This document shows positions 1 to 8,508 of a DNA stretch of 64,000 bases, one piece after another. Below the pieces are notes generated by a model. That model saw only the letters and a program-made list of their open reading frames with translations, was not told where the DNA came from and did not search any database. Location: positions 1-64,000 of the IMG/VR virus record IMGVR_UViG_3300006028_000011. One strand, given 5' to 3'. The DNA is from a virus. Within the stretch, counting starts at the first letter, position 1. Every line of letters starts with the position of its first letter. The position numbers and the translations under genes are program-made.

Positions 1-196
1 CGCTGATCGGCGCTCCGAGCTCGGTGTGGACCATCCGCAGGCGCGGGTTGTCGACGAGGTGGCGGAGCCGCAGCGGACACCCCTGGTGACGGAAGCTGGC
101 GACGCCCACGACCTCCCAGCCCGTCGTGCGCAGGACGTGCTCGACGAAGTGATGGCCGAGGAAGCCGGCGGCGCCGGTGACCAGGGCCCTGGTCAC
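1..196 (-). CDS. NAD-dependent epimerase/dehydratase (dTDP-glucose 4,6-dehydratase-like), N-terminal part, runs off the window
   Basis: Not in the ORF track. GTG at 196 overlaps the upstream TGA and reads MTRALVTGAAGFLGHHFVEHVL, a Rossmann GxxGxxG motif. Confidence 0.8.
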   Translation of the reverse strand, partial: MTRALVTGAAGFLGHHFVEHVLRTTGWEVVGVASFRHQGCPLRLRHLVDNPRLRMVHTELGAPIS

Positions 197-930
197 GATC
201 GGGCCTCCTGACGGCGGACCCAGTCGGAGGCGCGGTAGTACGCCTCGATCGACTGGCCGGCGTCGGTCCAGAAGCCGTCGATCACGTCGTGCTCGAGCAG
301 GCCTCGCTCCGCGTAGCGGTTGAGCACGTCGGTGATCTCCAGCTCGCCCCGGGCGGACGGCGCCAGCCCGGGCAGGACGCTCCAGACCGTCTCGTCGAAG
401 GCGTAGGCGCCGGTGACGACGTACGGGCTCGCCGGCACCGGAGGCTTCTCCTCGACGCGCCCGATCCTGGTCGTGGCGTCCAGCTCGGGCACCCCGGACG
501 CGCGAAGGGTCGCGATATCAGCGGTGGCCTTCAGCAGCGCGCGGGCGCCGCTCTCCTGGCGCCCGAACGCCTCCACCCATGGCCGCAGCGACCGCTCCCA
601 GACGTTGTCGGCGAGCAGGACGACGACGCGTCCGCCGGCATGGGCCTCAGCCGCCAGGAGCGCCTGGGCGATGCCGCCGGGGCGCTCCTGGCAGGCGAGC
701 TGGAGACGGCGCATGCCCAGTCCCCCGCCGTCGCCGAGCAACCTGACGAAGGCGCCGAAGTGCTGGACGCCGACGACGACGACCGCCTCCTCGATGCCGG
801 CCTCGAGGAGCGTCCTGATGGAGCGGCAGACCATCGGCTCGCGCCCCAGGGGCAGCAAGTGCTTGTTGGTGCCGACGCTCAGCGCGCCGAGGCGGGTCGC
901 CGTGCCGCCGGCGAGGATGACTCCCTTCAC
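193..930 (-). CDS. rmlA: Glucose-1-phosphate thymidylyltransferase-like sugar nucleotidyltransferase
   Basis: Start GTG 930. Motifs KGVILAGGTATRL, NKHLLP, LADN, EEKP, PSARGELEITD, GFWTDAG. Confidence 0.85.
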   Translation of the reverse strand: MKGVILAGGTATRLGALSVGTNKHLLPLGREPMVCRSIRTLLEAGIEEAVVVVGVQHFGAFVRLLGDGGGLGMRRLQLACQERPGGIAQALLAAEAHAGGRVVVLLADNVWERSLRPWVEAFGRQESGARALLKATADIATLRASGVPELDATTRIGRVEEKPPVPASPYVVTGAYAFDETVWSVLPGLAPSARGELEITDVLNRYAERGLLEHDVIDGFWTDAGQSIEAYYRASDWVRRQEARS

Positions 931-2276
931 GCGTACCTCTCGATGACCTCCAGGACGGAACGGGCCTGATGGCCCAGCGTGTGGTGCGCTCGCACGTACG
1001 CGGCCGCCAGCGGCCCCTTCCCGTGTCCGCGCGCCCAGGCCATGTGCGCCCGGCGCAGCTGCTTGACCAGGTCGGGGTAGGACGGGACCCACCACTGGCC
1101 GACCGAGCCGTACGACTCGACGTAGTGGCGACTGAACCCGCCTGGGATGTCGGCCGGCTCCATGTGCGAGGTGCCGACCGGCCAGCAGTGGTCGGGATAG
1201 GCGTAGTCGGCCATGCCCGAGTTGTCGGACATGACGACCTCCATCCCGGTCGCCATCGCCTCCAGCGGAGGTAGCCCGACCCCCTCGCCCTTGCTGGGCC
1301 AGAGCAGGCAGTCGTGCTCCCAGTAGCGCTGGCGGACGCGCTCGGGCGAGTCGTCGCACAGCCACAGCTCGATGCGCGGATCCACCGGAGCGGGTCCGCG
1401 CCAGGGCCACCCCGGCAGCTGGTCGGGCGCGTGCGGGATGCCGAGGGCGTCCAACAGCAGCTCGATGCCCTGAGCCCGGCGCGTCTTGATCGTGAGCCGC
1501 CACCCTTCGTCGCCGCGGCTGGCCTCCTGGAAGGCCTTCACGGCCGTGATGGGATCCTTGCGCGCGGTCAGGGCGCCGAGGATGAGGACGCGGAAGGTGT
1601 CCCCCGCGGGGCGCTCGCGGAAGGCGAACCAGTCGGTGTCGACCCCGGGCGTCAGGACCGAGACGGGAAGGTCGCGGCGGAGGCCGCTGCGCCGCCACAC
1701 GTCCGGCTGGAAGTTGGAGGTCAGGATCAGGTGATCGAGGCGGTTGACCTGCCGGACGTGGAACTCGGGCACCCGGTCGGTCTCGAACTGGGTGATCCCG
1801 ATCTTGTAGACGCTCTGGTGGACGTGCAGACGCTCGTCGTAGGGCACCGTCATCGCGATCCCGATGCGGCAGGGGAGACGGAGGCGATTGCGACGGGCCT
1901 CGGCGAGGACGCCCGGAGCGAGATGGGGGTGATCGCCGGTCGGCGTCTCTCGCCACTCGGCGTCGAGCAGGACCGGCGCGACGCCGAGGCGCTGCAGGCC
2001 CTCGACGATCGCGAGCGCGTGGCGGCCGTAGCCGTCGATCGACGAGAGCGGGCACCAGAAGTCGAAGGCGAGGCGGCCGCCCTCGTCGGACGTCCTGAGC
2101 ATGTCCTGGACGCTGGTGAAGTCGATGTGGATCCCGGGCGCATTTCCGAACTGCTCCAGGAACTCCATCGGGACGTCGACCGTCTCGCCGGGCTGGATGA
2201 TCCATCGGCCCATCTGCTGGGGCAGGTCCGCGGTGTTGGTCACCCGGAGCGGGAGCCGGTCGGCGGTGGAGATCAT
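927..2276 (-). CDS. GT4-family glycosyltransferase
   Basis: GYGRH, FETD, RKDP and the PSKGEGVGLPPLEAMATG GT-B motif; start taken as ATG 2276 (MISTAD). Confidence 0.85.
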   Translation of the reverse strand: MISTADRLPLRVTNTADLPQQMGRWIIQPGETVDVPMEFLEQFGNAPGIHIDFTSVQDMLRTSDEGGRLAFDFWCPLSSIDGYGRHALAIVEGLQRLGVAPVLLDAEWRETPTGDHPHLAPGVLAEARRNRLRLPCRIGIAMTVPYDERLHVHQSVYKIGITQFETDRVPEFHVRQVNRLDHLILTSNFQPDVWRRSGLRRDLPVSVLTPGVDTDWFAFRERPAGDTFRVLILGALTARKDPITAVKAFQEASRGDEGWRLTIKTRRAQGIELLLDALGIPHAPDQLPGWPWRGPAPVDPRIELWLCDDSPERVRQRYWEHDCLLWPSKGEGVGLPPLEAMATGMEVVMSDNSGMADYAYPDHCWPVGTSHMEPADIPGGFSRHYVESYGSVGQWWVPSYPDLVKQLRRAHMAWARGHGKGPLAAAYVRAHHTLGHQARSVLEVIERYA

Positions 2277-2338
2277 GGGCGCCTCGACGAAGGGGATGGG
2301 CGGAGGCCCCGGACGAGACCGGAGCCTCCAAGGGATCG

Positions 2339-3625
2339 CTAGAAGACCAGGCCGGCCGGGCCCTTGATGGGCATGAAGCCGTACGGCTTGGTGCAGATCT
2401 GCGCCGAGCGCTCCCGGATGTTCCGGGTGTAGGCGTCCACGTTCTGGTAGGCGCCGCCCGACGTGTTGTAGTCCCCGTAGATCGCGGGCATGACCTGGAT
2501 GGGGACGTAGGGGGCGTACACGTACGCCGCCTGCAGCTGGCTCGGGTTCCGCTTGTAGAGGAACCCGACGTCGTCCTTGATGAAGTCGGTCCCCCAGATC
2601 CTCCACCGGCCGGCGTACGTGCCGTAGTCGGTGATGCCCAGGGAGGCCATGTTCTGGTCGGTCGGCGCCTGCGACTGGGTGGCCGTGTTGAGCTTCTGCA
2701 GGAAGCCCGCCAGGCCGTAGCCGGCGATGATGCCGTCCGAGGGGTAGCGGTTCGCCTTCTGGAAGAGGACGTCCGCGTCGATGACCTGGCCGTAGACCAG
2801 CGCCTTGTAGTCGGTGACCGTGTTCGAGCCCTGGGCCGCGATGGTGGTCAGGGTGTTCGGGCCGGCCCACGGGTTGACCAGGTTGGCGCCGGTCCCGGTC
2901 CCGCTCGTCGAGTTGATGTAGATGTCCTGGATGTGGCGGCCGAACAGGTTGCGCACGAACTCCTCGGAGAACGCGCCGATGAGCTCCTGCTCGATGTCGA
3001 GGCCCAGCTGCGCCCGGGCGTCCTCCATGGCCTCGAGGCTCCAGGACATGCCCATGAGCTGCTTGACCACGGTGAGGGTCGTCCGGTTGAGGCTGATCTT
3101 CCCCTTGTTCGGGACGCCGAGCTCCGCCGTGAGGAAGTTGTTGTACTCGACGGACAGGATGTTCGTCGAGTCGTTCTCGCGGAGGAAGTCGAGCCAGAAC
3201 ACGTAGCCGGTCGGCCCCGGGAGCGGCTGCACCACCTGGAAGTCGGCCTCAATGACCAGCGCGTAGATGCGCCGGACGATCGGGAGGCTGTACTTGGTGG
3301 GCAGCGCCAGGTCCGCGTCGGCGGTGTCCTGGAGGAGGACGCGGCCGTTGGAGACGGTCGCCTCCTTCGAGTGCTGGAAGCGGAGCTGGTTCTCCAGCAC
3401 CATCGCCATCGCCTGTCGCGAACGCTCGCTGCGCAGGGGGATGGCGTTGAAGCGCTGCTCCGACTCCTGGCCGAGCCAGTCGATGTACTCGACCTTGCCG
3501 GTGCGGGTGTTGAGCGTGGGGCGATGGCTCCACTTCTTCACCAGCAGCTCCTGCTGGAGCTGCACGTTGCGCATCTGCTCCAGAGCGACCTGCGGGTCGA
3601 CGGCGTCGATGTCGATGCCGGGCAT
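2339..3625 (-). CDS. Major capsid protein, T4 gp23-like
   Basis: LENQ, LPIVRR, VQPLPGPTGYVF, WSLEAMEDARAQLGLDIEQEL and YAPYVP resemble gp23-family motifs; follows the protease/scaffold gene. Confidence 0.85.
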   Translation of the reverse strand: MPGIDIDAVDPQVALEQMRNVQLQQELLVKKWSHRPTLNTRTGKVEYIDWLGQESEQRFNAIPLRSERSRQAMAMVLENQLRFQHSKEATVSNGRVLLQDTADADLALPTKYSLPIVRRIYALVIEADFQVVQPLPGPTGYVFWLDFLRENDSTNILSVEYNNFLTAELGVPNKGKISLNRTTLTVVKQLMGMSWSLEAMEDARAQLGLDIEQELIGAFSEEFVRNLFGRHIQDIYINSTSGTGTGANLVNPWAGPNTLTTIAAQGSNTVTDYKALVYGQVIDADVLFQKANRYPSDGIIAGYGLAGFLQKLNTATQSQAPTDQNMASLGITDYGTYAGRWRIWGTDFIKDDVGFLYKRNPSQLQAAYVYAPYVPIQVMPAIYGDYNTSGGAYQNVDAYTRNIRERSAQICTKPYGFMPIKGPAGLVF

Positions 3626-5407
3626 CTAGACCTCCGCCAGGTCGACGCCGGAGAACTCCCCGGGGTCGTGATCCTTGGCGCCCTCGCCCTCCTGGGTGAT
3701 GGGCACCTTGCCGGCGCCGCCCGGCTGGAACATCTCCAGCAGGACCTCTCGGGTGGGTCGCTCGATCGCCGGCTCCTCGGTGGCCTTGGCGCGCTTGAGC
3801 GCCTCGAGCAGGACGGGGAACGCCCGCTCGGCCACCTGGGCGTCCGTCTCGCAGTCCGAGCAGAGCTCCTGGAGCACCGGAAGCGCCTTCTCGGGGTCCG
3901 GGAAGTTGCCGGCGATCTCCCTCAGCTTCTCGTCCCGCAGGCGCGCGTTCCGCTCCTGCTCCAGGACGTTGAGCCGCGAGGTGAGCTGCTGGTTCTCCCG
4001 ACGTAGAGGAGCCTCGATCTCGGCCACGATCTCCGGGTACTCGGCCCGGAGCGTGTCGAGTGTCAGCTCGTCTTCAGACATGAGTCGCGGTGTCCTCCTT
4101 CTCGGAGTGGGATGATTCGCTGGGGCCTTCGCGGCCTCGACACGCGCGTCCTCCTGCAGGATCTGGATGCCCCACGTCGGCTGCGCCGGCGAGTCAGGCG
4201 CGAAGTCCACGCCGTCGATCGCCAGCCGGAGCGGCGTCAGCATCGGCTGCCCGTTCACCTTCCGGTCCTCCAGCTCGAACCGGCCAAGGCCCGAGCGGAG
4301 CGAGACCGCGTTCAGGTGCTTGTTCTGTGCGAGCACCTGGATGTCACGGCCGGTGGAGGTGGGCGAGACTTCGAGGGTCGCGTAGCCAATGCGGCCCTCC
4401 TGCTCGAGGTCCACGACGGCGCCGACCGGCAGATGGTCGCCGCTGGTGGCGTGGGCGTGTCGCGCATAGACGTTGAGGGGCTGCTTGCCCTCCTCGATCT
4501 GGCGCTTGCCCTCCTGGACGATGCCCGGGAGGATCGAGCGCGGGAAGTAGATGGGCTTGGTGAATCCGGGCGCCCGGGCGATCGACTCGCCGACGTAGAA
4601 GGGCACCTTGAGGCGCATGACGCCGCCGTTGGCCTCGGCCGCCTCCTGGAGGATGACCGGCTTCGGGACCTCGCCCTCCAGCAGCAGCAACGGCCTCAGC
4701 GGGCTCGTCTCGGAGACCATCGCCCCCTTCGCCCTCGCGCGCTGGCCCTTCGCGGTGAGCTGACCGGACGGAAGCACGTAGTCGTGGTCCGAGTCGCCCT
4801 CCGGCGAGGAGTCGTCGTCGCCGTCGTGGTCGGGGTCGAACACTCGGCGACCGTCCGGCTCGATGCGGTAGTCGCCGTCGTAGCGGACGCCCGCCGCGCC
4901 CGACTGCGAGGGCGATCCGGCCTCGGCCGCCAGCGCGCCGCTCGAGGTCCACGCCCTCGGGATGGCGGACGACTTGCCCAGGGCGCGGGCGCGCTTGATG
5001 ATGTGCCGGCGGATGGCGTCGTGATCCTTCCCGCCGCGGCCGACCGCGCTGATGGCCTTGCCGAGGTCCTCCTCGTCGCCGATCGGGTAGCTGGGCTCGC
5101 CGTTGGCGTTGCGGATCGCCTGACCCTTGGCCAGCATCGAGCGCAGCTGGTCTGCGGTGTACTTGGCCATGTCGATAGGGCCTCCTGGGAGCGTGGGGAT
5201 GTCGTCCGGGCAGGGCACCGGGTCGGTCGGCTGGGTCAGCGCGGCCTTCGCCGCCAGCTGGCGGCGGCGCTCGCGCGACTCGTCGTCCTGGACCTCGTCG
5301 CCGGTCTTGGGGAGGGCCACCTTCACCAGGTGCCCACCCGACTTGGCGACCGCCGTCCCGGCGGAGATGTCGGTGCTCGTGGTGTCGAGCTGGAGCGGAT
5401 CGGTCAT
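3626..5407 (-). CDS. Prohead protease / scaffold fusion protein
   Basis: Directly upstream of the capsid gene; central His...VSLRS...GVDF region resembles phage prohead proteases; coiled-coil C-terminus. Confidence 0.65.
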   Translation of the reverse strand: MTDPLQLDTTSTDISAGTAVAKSGGHLVKVALPKTGDEVQDDESRERRRQLAAKAALTQPTDPVPCPDDIPTLPGGPIDMAKYTADQLRSMLAKGQAIRNANGEPSYPIGDEEDLGKAISAVGRGGKDHDAIRRHIIKRARALGKSSAIPRAWTSSGALAAEAGSPSQSGAAGVRYDGDYRIEPDGRRVFDPDHDGDDDSSPEGDSDHDYVLPSGQLTAKGQRARAKGAMVSETSPLRPLLLLEGEVPKPVILQEAAEANGGVMRLKVPFYVGESIARAPGFTKPIYFPRSILPGIVQEGKRQIEEGKQPLNVYARHAHATSGDHLPVGAVVDLEQEGRIGYATLEVSPTSTGRDIQVLAQNKHLNAVSLRSGLGRFELEDRKVNGQPMLTPLRLAIDGVDFAPDSPAQPTWGIQILQEDARVEAAKAPANHPTPRRRTPRLMSEDELTLDTLRAEYPEIVAEIEAPLRRENQQLTSRLNVLEQERNARLRDEKLREIAGNFPDPEKALPVLQELCSDCETDAQVAERAFPVLLEALKRAKATEEPAIERPTREVLLEMFQPGGAGKVPITQEGEGAKDHDPGEFSGVDLAEV

Positions 5408-5542
5408 CGCCGGGGCGGCTGCGGACCCTGCGGCGTGGCGCCCTGCACCGGGCCGTCCGGCGGCAGGAAGAGGTCGGCCAAGGTGGTCGTGCTGCGGGCC
5501 ATGCGGGCGCCTCCTGCGAGTACGACTGGATGCCGGGCCGGC

Positions 5543-6625
5543 TCAGGCAGCGATGGCGTCGCCGGAGCCGGTGTCGTAGACGGCGGCCAGGCTGCAGCGG
5601 CAGTTCCCCTTGCCGCGACACGCCTCGCCAGGCAGGGGCGCCTCCAGGGGTTCCCAGTAGATGCCGTCCTCGTCCTGGCCGCCGGCGCCCTCTTCCTGGC
5701 AGGGCAGGCACACGTCGCCGTCGTTCTGTGTCTCGTACTGGACGCCCATCCGGAACCCGGCGCCACCGGAAGCGCTCAGCGCCGAGCCCAGGTCGGCGAG
5801 ATCGGCCACCCCGATGCCGAGCGCCTCCGCGATGGCGTCGTCCAGCTCGGCCGGAGTGACGCCACCGGCAGCCGAGAGGGCCGCCGCCCCGGAGCCGGCC
5901 GCGGCGACGGCTTGGCCCGCCGCCCCAGCCAGCGCCGCCGGGGTCACACCGAGAGCGCTCGCCGCGGCCTGCGATGTCTCCGACGTCGCCGTGGCCAGGT
6001 CCGCCACCGTGGCGCCGAGGCGCTCGAGGACTCTTTCGACTCGGGAACGGCTCAGCCGCAACAGGAGGGCGAGGGCGACAAGGACGGCGAGCTCGTCGTC
6101 GCGCTGCTCTTCCTCGCCGTCATCCTCCTGACGCAGGGGCAGCCGGAACCGGGAGCGCACGGTGTCGCCGAGGTCGCGCGCGCCGGCGCGGAACCCGGCC
6201 TCCGTCACACGCCAAAGTTGCCCGCCGTACTGCTGCTCGACGCGACTCCGAAAGGCCTTGCCCAGATCGACGAGGTCGGCGCCCTGCATCCGCTGCAAGG
6301 TGGCCTTGTCCTGGATGTCGGCCTCAAGGGAGCGCTGGACGTACATGCGGTTGGACTGAAGCGCCGCCGCGACCCAGCGCCGGTCGTCGGGGCCGAGGGT
6401 GGCAGCTCCGAACGCCTGGCGCTTCCCGCGCAGGTAGGCCGGCTCGTAGTTGGCCTCGGCCGCCTGCTGGAGTCGCGCGCCGAGCGCCTGCGTGCTCATG
6501 CCGGCCACCTGGGAGCGCCGCAGCCAGTCATCGAAGATGGCGCGGAGGGCGCGGCCGTAGCCGGCCACCTGGGCGTCGTTGTCCGTGCGGTGGAGTGCGG
6601 AGCGGGCGATCCTGCGGACGGTCAC
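5543..6625 (-). CDS. Head morphogenesis protein (Mu gpF/SPP1 gp7-like)
   Basis: C-terminal DGDVCLPC...GNCRC motif; located in the head module. Confidence 0.55.
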   Translation of the reverse strand: MTVRRIARSALHRTDNDAQVAGYGRALRAIFDDWLRRSQVAGMSTQALGARLQQAAEANYEPAYLRGKRQAFGAATLGPDDRRWVAAALQSNRMYVQRSLEADIQDKATLQRMQGADLVDLGKAFRSRVEQQYGGQLWRVTEAGFRAGARDLGDTVRSRFRLPLRQEDDGEEEQRDDELAVLVALALLLRLSRSRVERVLERLGATVADLATATSETSQAAASALGVTPAALAGAAGQAVAAAGSGAAALSAAGGVTPAELDDAIAEALGIGVADLADLGSALSASGGAGFRMGVQYETQNDGDVCLPCQEEGAGGQDEDGIYWEPLEAPLPGEACRGKGNCRCSLAAVYDTGSGDAIAA

Positions 6626-6963
6626 AGCAGCTTCGGTGTGATCCGCCAGATCGCCTGGTCCGCATCCGGCCAGCGCTCGATGTCGCCGTTCGCGAACGTC
6701 ACCATCCACTCGGCGAAGAGGTCCTGCGCCACCGCCACATCGGCCGCGACCTGCTGGTACTGGACGCCGCCGGTGGTGTCGAGCGCCCCGCCCCCGATGG
6801 CTGTCACCGTGCCGTTGGCCACGATCGCGTTGCCGAGTCGATCCACGGCATGGAACTTCACGGTGGCGCCGGTCAGGTTCACGGCGACCCCGTTCCTGTC
6901 CAGCAGGGTGTCCGTGATCGGCGGTCCGGTGTCGCCCTGCTTGGAGTAGTAGAACGTCGCCAT
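6622..6963 (-). CDS. Virion structural protein (BppU N-terminal-like beta domain)
   Basis: KQGDT...VNLTGATVKF...GGVQY...AEWMVTF pattern. Confidence 0.55.
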   Translation of the reverse strand: MATFYYSKQGDTGPPITDTLLDRNGVAVNLTGATVKFHAVDRLGNAIVANGTVTAIGGGALDTTGGVQYQQVAADVAVAQDLFAEWMVTFANGDIERWPDADQAIWRITPKLL

Positions 6964-8213
6964 CAGCGCAGGGTCACCTCGTCGCCCGCGGCCGGGGTGC
7001 GCAGCATCCGCAGCGCCGCCGGCAGCGCCTTGGCCCAGCTCGTGAAGGTCAGGCCCTTGTCGTTGACCACAGCAGTGCCGTGGTCCTTGCTCACGAACTG
7101 GTCGTAGCGGACGCCCTCCTCGCGCATCTGGTGGCGCATGGCGGCGAGCCGCCGAGAGGACTCCTCCGGGGTCTTGTCCGCCGGGTCCCAGCCGGCGCAC
7201 GAGAGGTGGATCTGGTAGCCGGCGTCCCAGACCTGCCGGAGCGCGTCCACCGCGGCGGGGGAGATGCGGCCCTCGCGCGCCGAGCTGTTCGAGTCGCTGA
7301 GGCAGCGATGGACGTCCACGTCGAGGATGCGGGTCGAGAGGCCGCGTGGCTGGTCGGGCGGCACCGCGTCAGGGTCCGGCCAGTCCTCGATCAGTTGCCC
7401 CTGGTCCGGAAGCTGGACCAGGCGGCGGATGCCAGCCTTGTCCGACTCCGTGCGCTGCTCGAGCTGGGCCTCGACCCCAGCTCGGACCGCGTCCCAGTCG
7501 CCGCGCCTGACCGGCACCATCCGGTCGTCCAGGTAGCAACGGGCCCTGACGTTGCCCGTGATGAACCCGATCGGCAGCCCGTAGGCGGTGCACCACGACT
7601 GGATGAGCACCTGGCGGGCGGCGAGGACGAGCGGGCCGTGCGAGGGGTCCAGCCCGGCGGTCGCGATGTGCAGGCACAGGCCCTGGCCCCGCCAGACGTC
7701 CAGCGCGGCCTTGACGCCATCGAAGGGGGGCGCGAGGAAGCCGGGCTGGTCGATGGCTACGAACCCCGGGCTCGGCGTCAAGGTCTCGTGGAGGTCGAAG
7801 ACGACGACCGGGGGCGCGCCGGCGTCCGTGGAGTGGTCGTGGGCCGGCGGGCGCTTCTCGTCGGTGTAGACCCGCTCCAGCACCAGGCGGCGCGTCTCGC
7901 TGTCGGCGAGGACGGCGGCCATCTGGCCGAGGCGGGACTCCAGCGCCACGGCCTCCTCGGCCCAGCGCTGGAGCTGCGCCGCCGCCTCCGCGTGCTGAGC
8001 GGTCAGCGCGGCGGCCTGCCGCTCTCTCGTCGCGAGCTCGGCGCGCAGGGTGGCCTCGACGCCCTCCCGGGCCGCCAGGCGCCGGCGCAGGACGCGCATC
8101 TCGCCGAGGAGGCGGTCCGACTCGCGCTCCACCTCGCGCAGACGAGGCCGGAAGGCGTCGGCGACCTCGGCCGAGACCCGGTCGATGAGGACGGCCGCCT
8201 CGTGGTCAGTCAT
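6963..8213 (-). CDS. Coiled-coil protein with two degenerate HAD-like domains
   Basis: N-terminal heptad region; VVVFDLHETL...YLDDR and LDVDVHRCL...VNDK segments. Confidence 0.5.
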   Translation of the reverse strand: MTDHEAAVLIDRVSAEVADAFRPRLREVERESDRLLGEMRVLRRRLAAREGVEATLRAELATRERQAAALTAQHAEAAAQLQRWAEEAVALESRLGQMAAVLADSETRRLVLERVYTDEKRPPAHDHSTDAGAPPVVVFDLHETLTPSPGFVAIDQPGFLAPPFDGVKAALDVWRGQGLCLHIATAGLDPSHGPLVLAARQVLIQSWCTAYGLPIGFITGNVRARCYLDDRMVPVRRGDWDAVRAGVEAQLEQRTESDKAGIRRLVQLPDQGQLIEDWPDPDAVPPDQPRGLSTRILDVDVHRCLSDSNSSAREGRISPAAVDALRQVWDAGYQIHLSCAGWDPADKTPEESSRRLAAMRHQMREEGVRYDQFVSKDHGTAVVNDKGLTFTSWAKALPAALRMLRTPAAGDEVTLR

Positions 8214-8508
8214 GGACCCTGTTCCTCTTCGCCTTCCGACGCTGCTCGTGCTGACTGCTGCTGCAGCAGCGTCGAGAGTGGCCGCAGGAGCGGCAGTAGC
8301 CGTCCGTGTACGCCTTGAACCCGGGACAGCGACGCGATGCCCGCGTGCCGCACAGGCAGCGCTGCGGGTCACTCAACCCGCCACCATCGACCGGCGAAGA
8401 ACCTGATCGGCCGCAGGCAGCGGGCGCAGACCGAATCGGTGGCCGACGAGGCCGTACGGTGGCCCCAGAGTCCGCAGGCCAGCTCGGCCAAGACCAGCAG
8501 CGCGCGGC

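Noticed and set aside
4112-6949. Long plus-strand ORFs (945 aa here, also 8719-11031, 33007-35175, 54657-56801)
   Set aside because: Antisense shadows of real minus-strand genes in high-GC DNA; no recognisable motifs.
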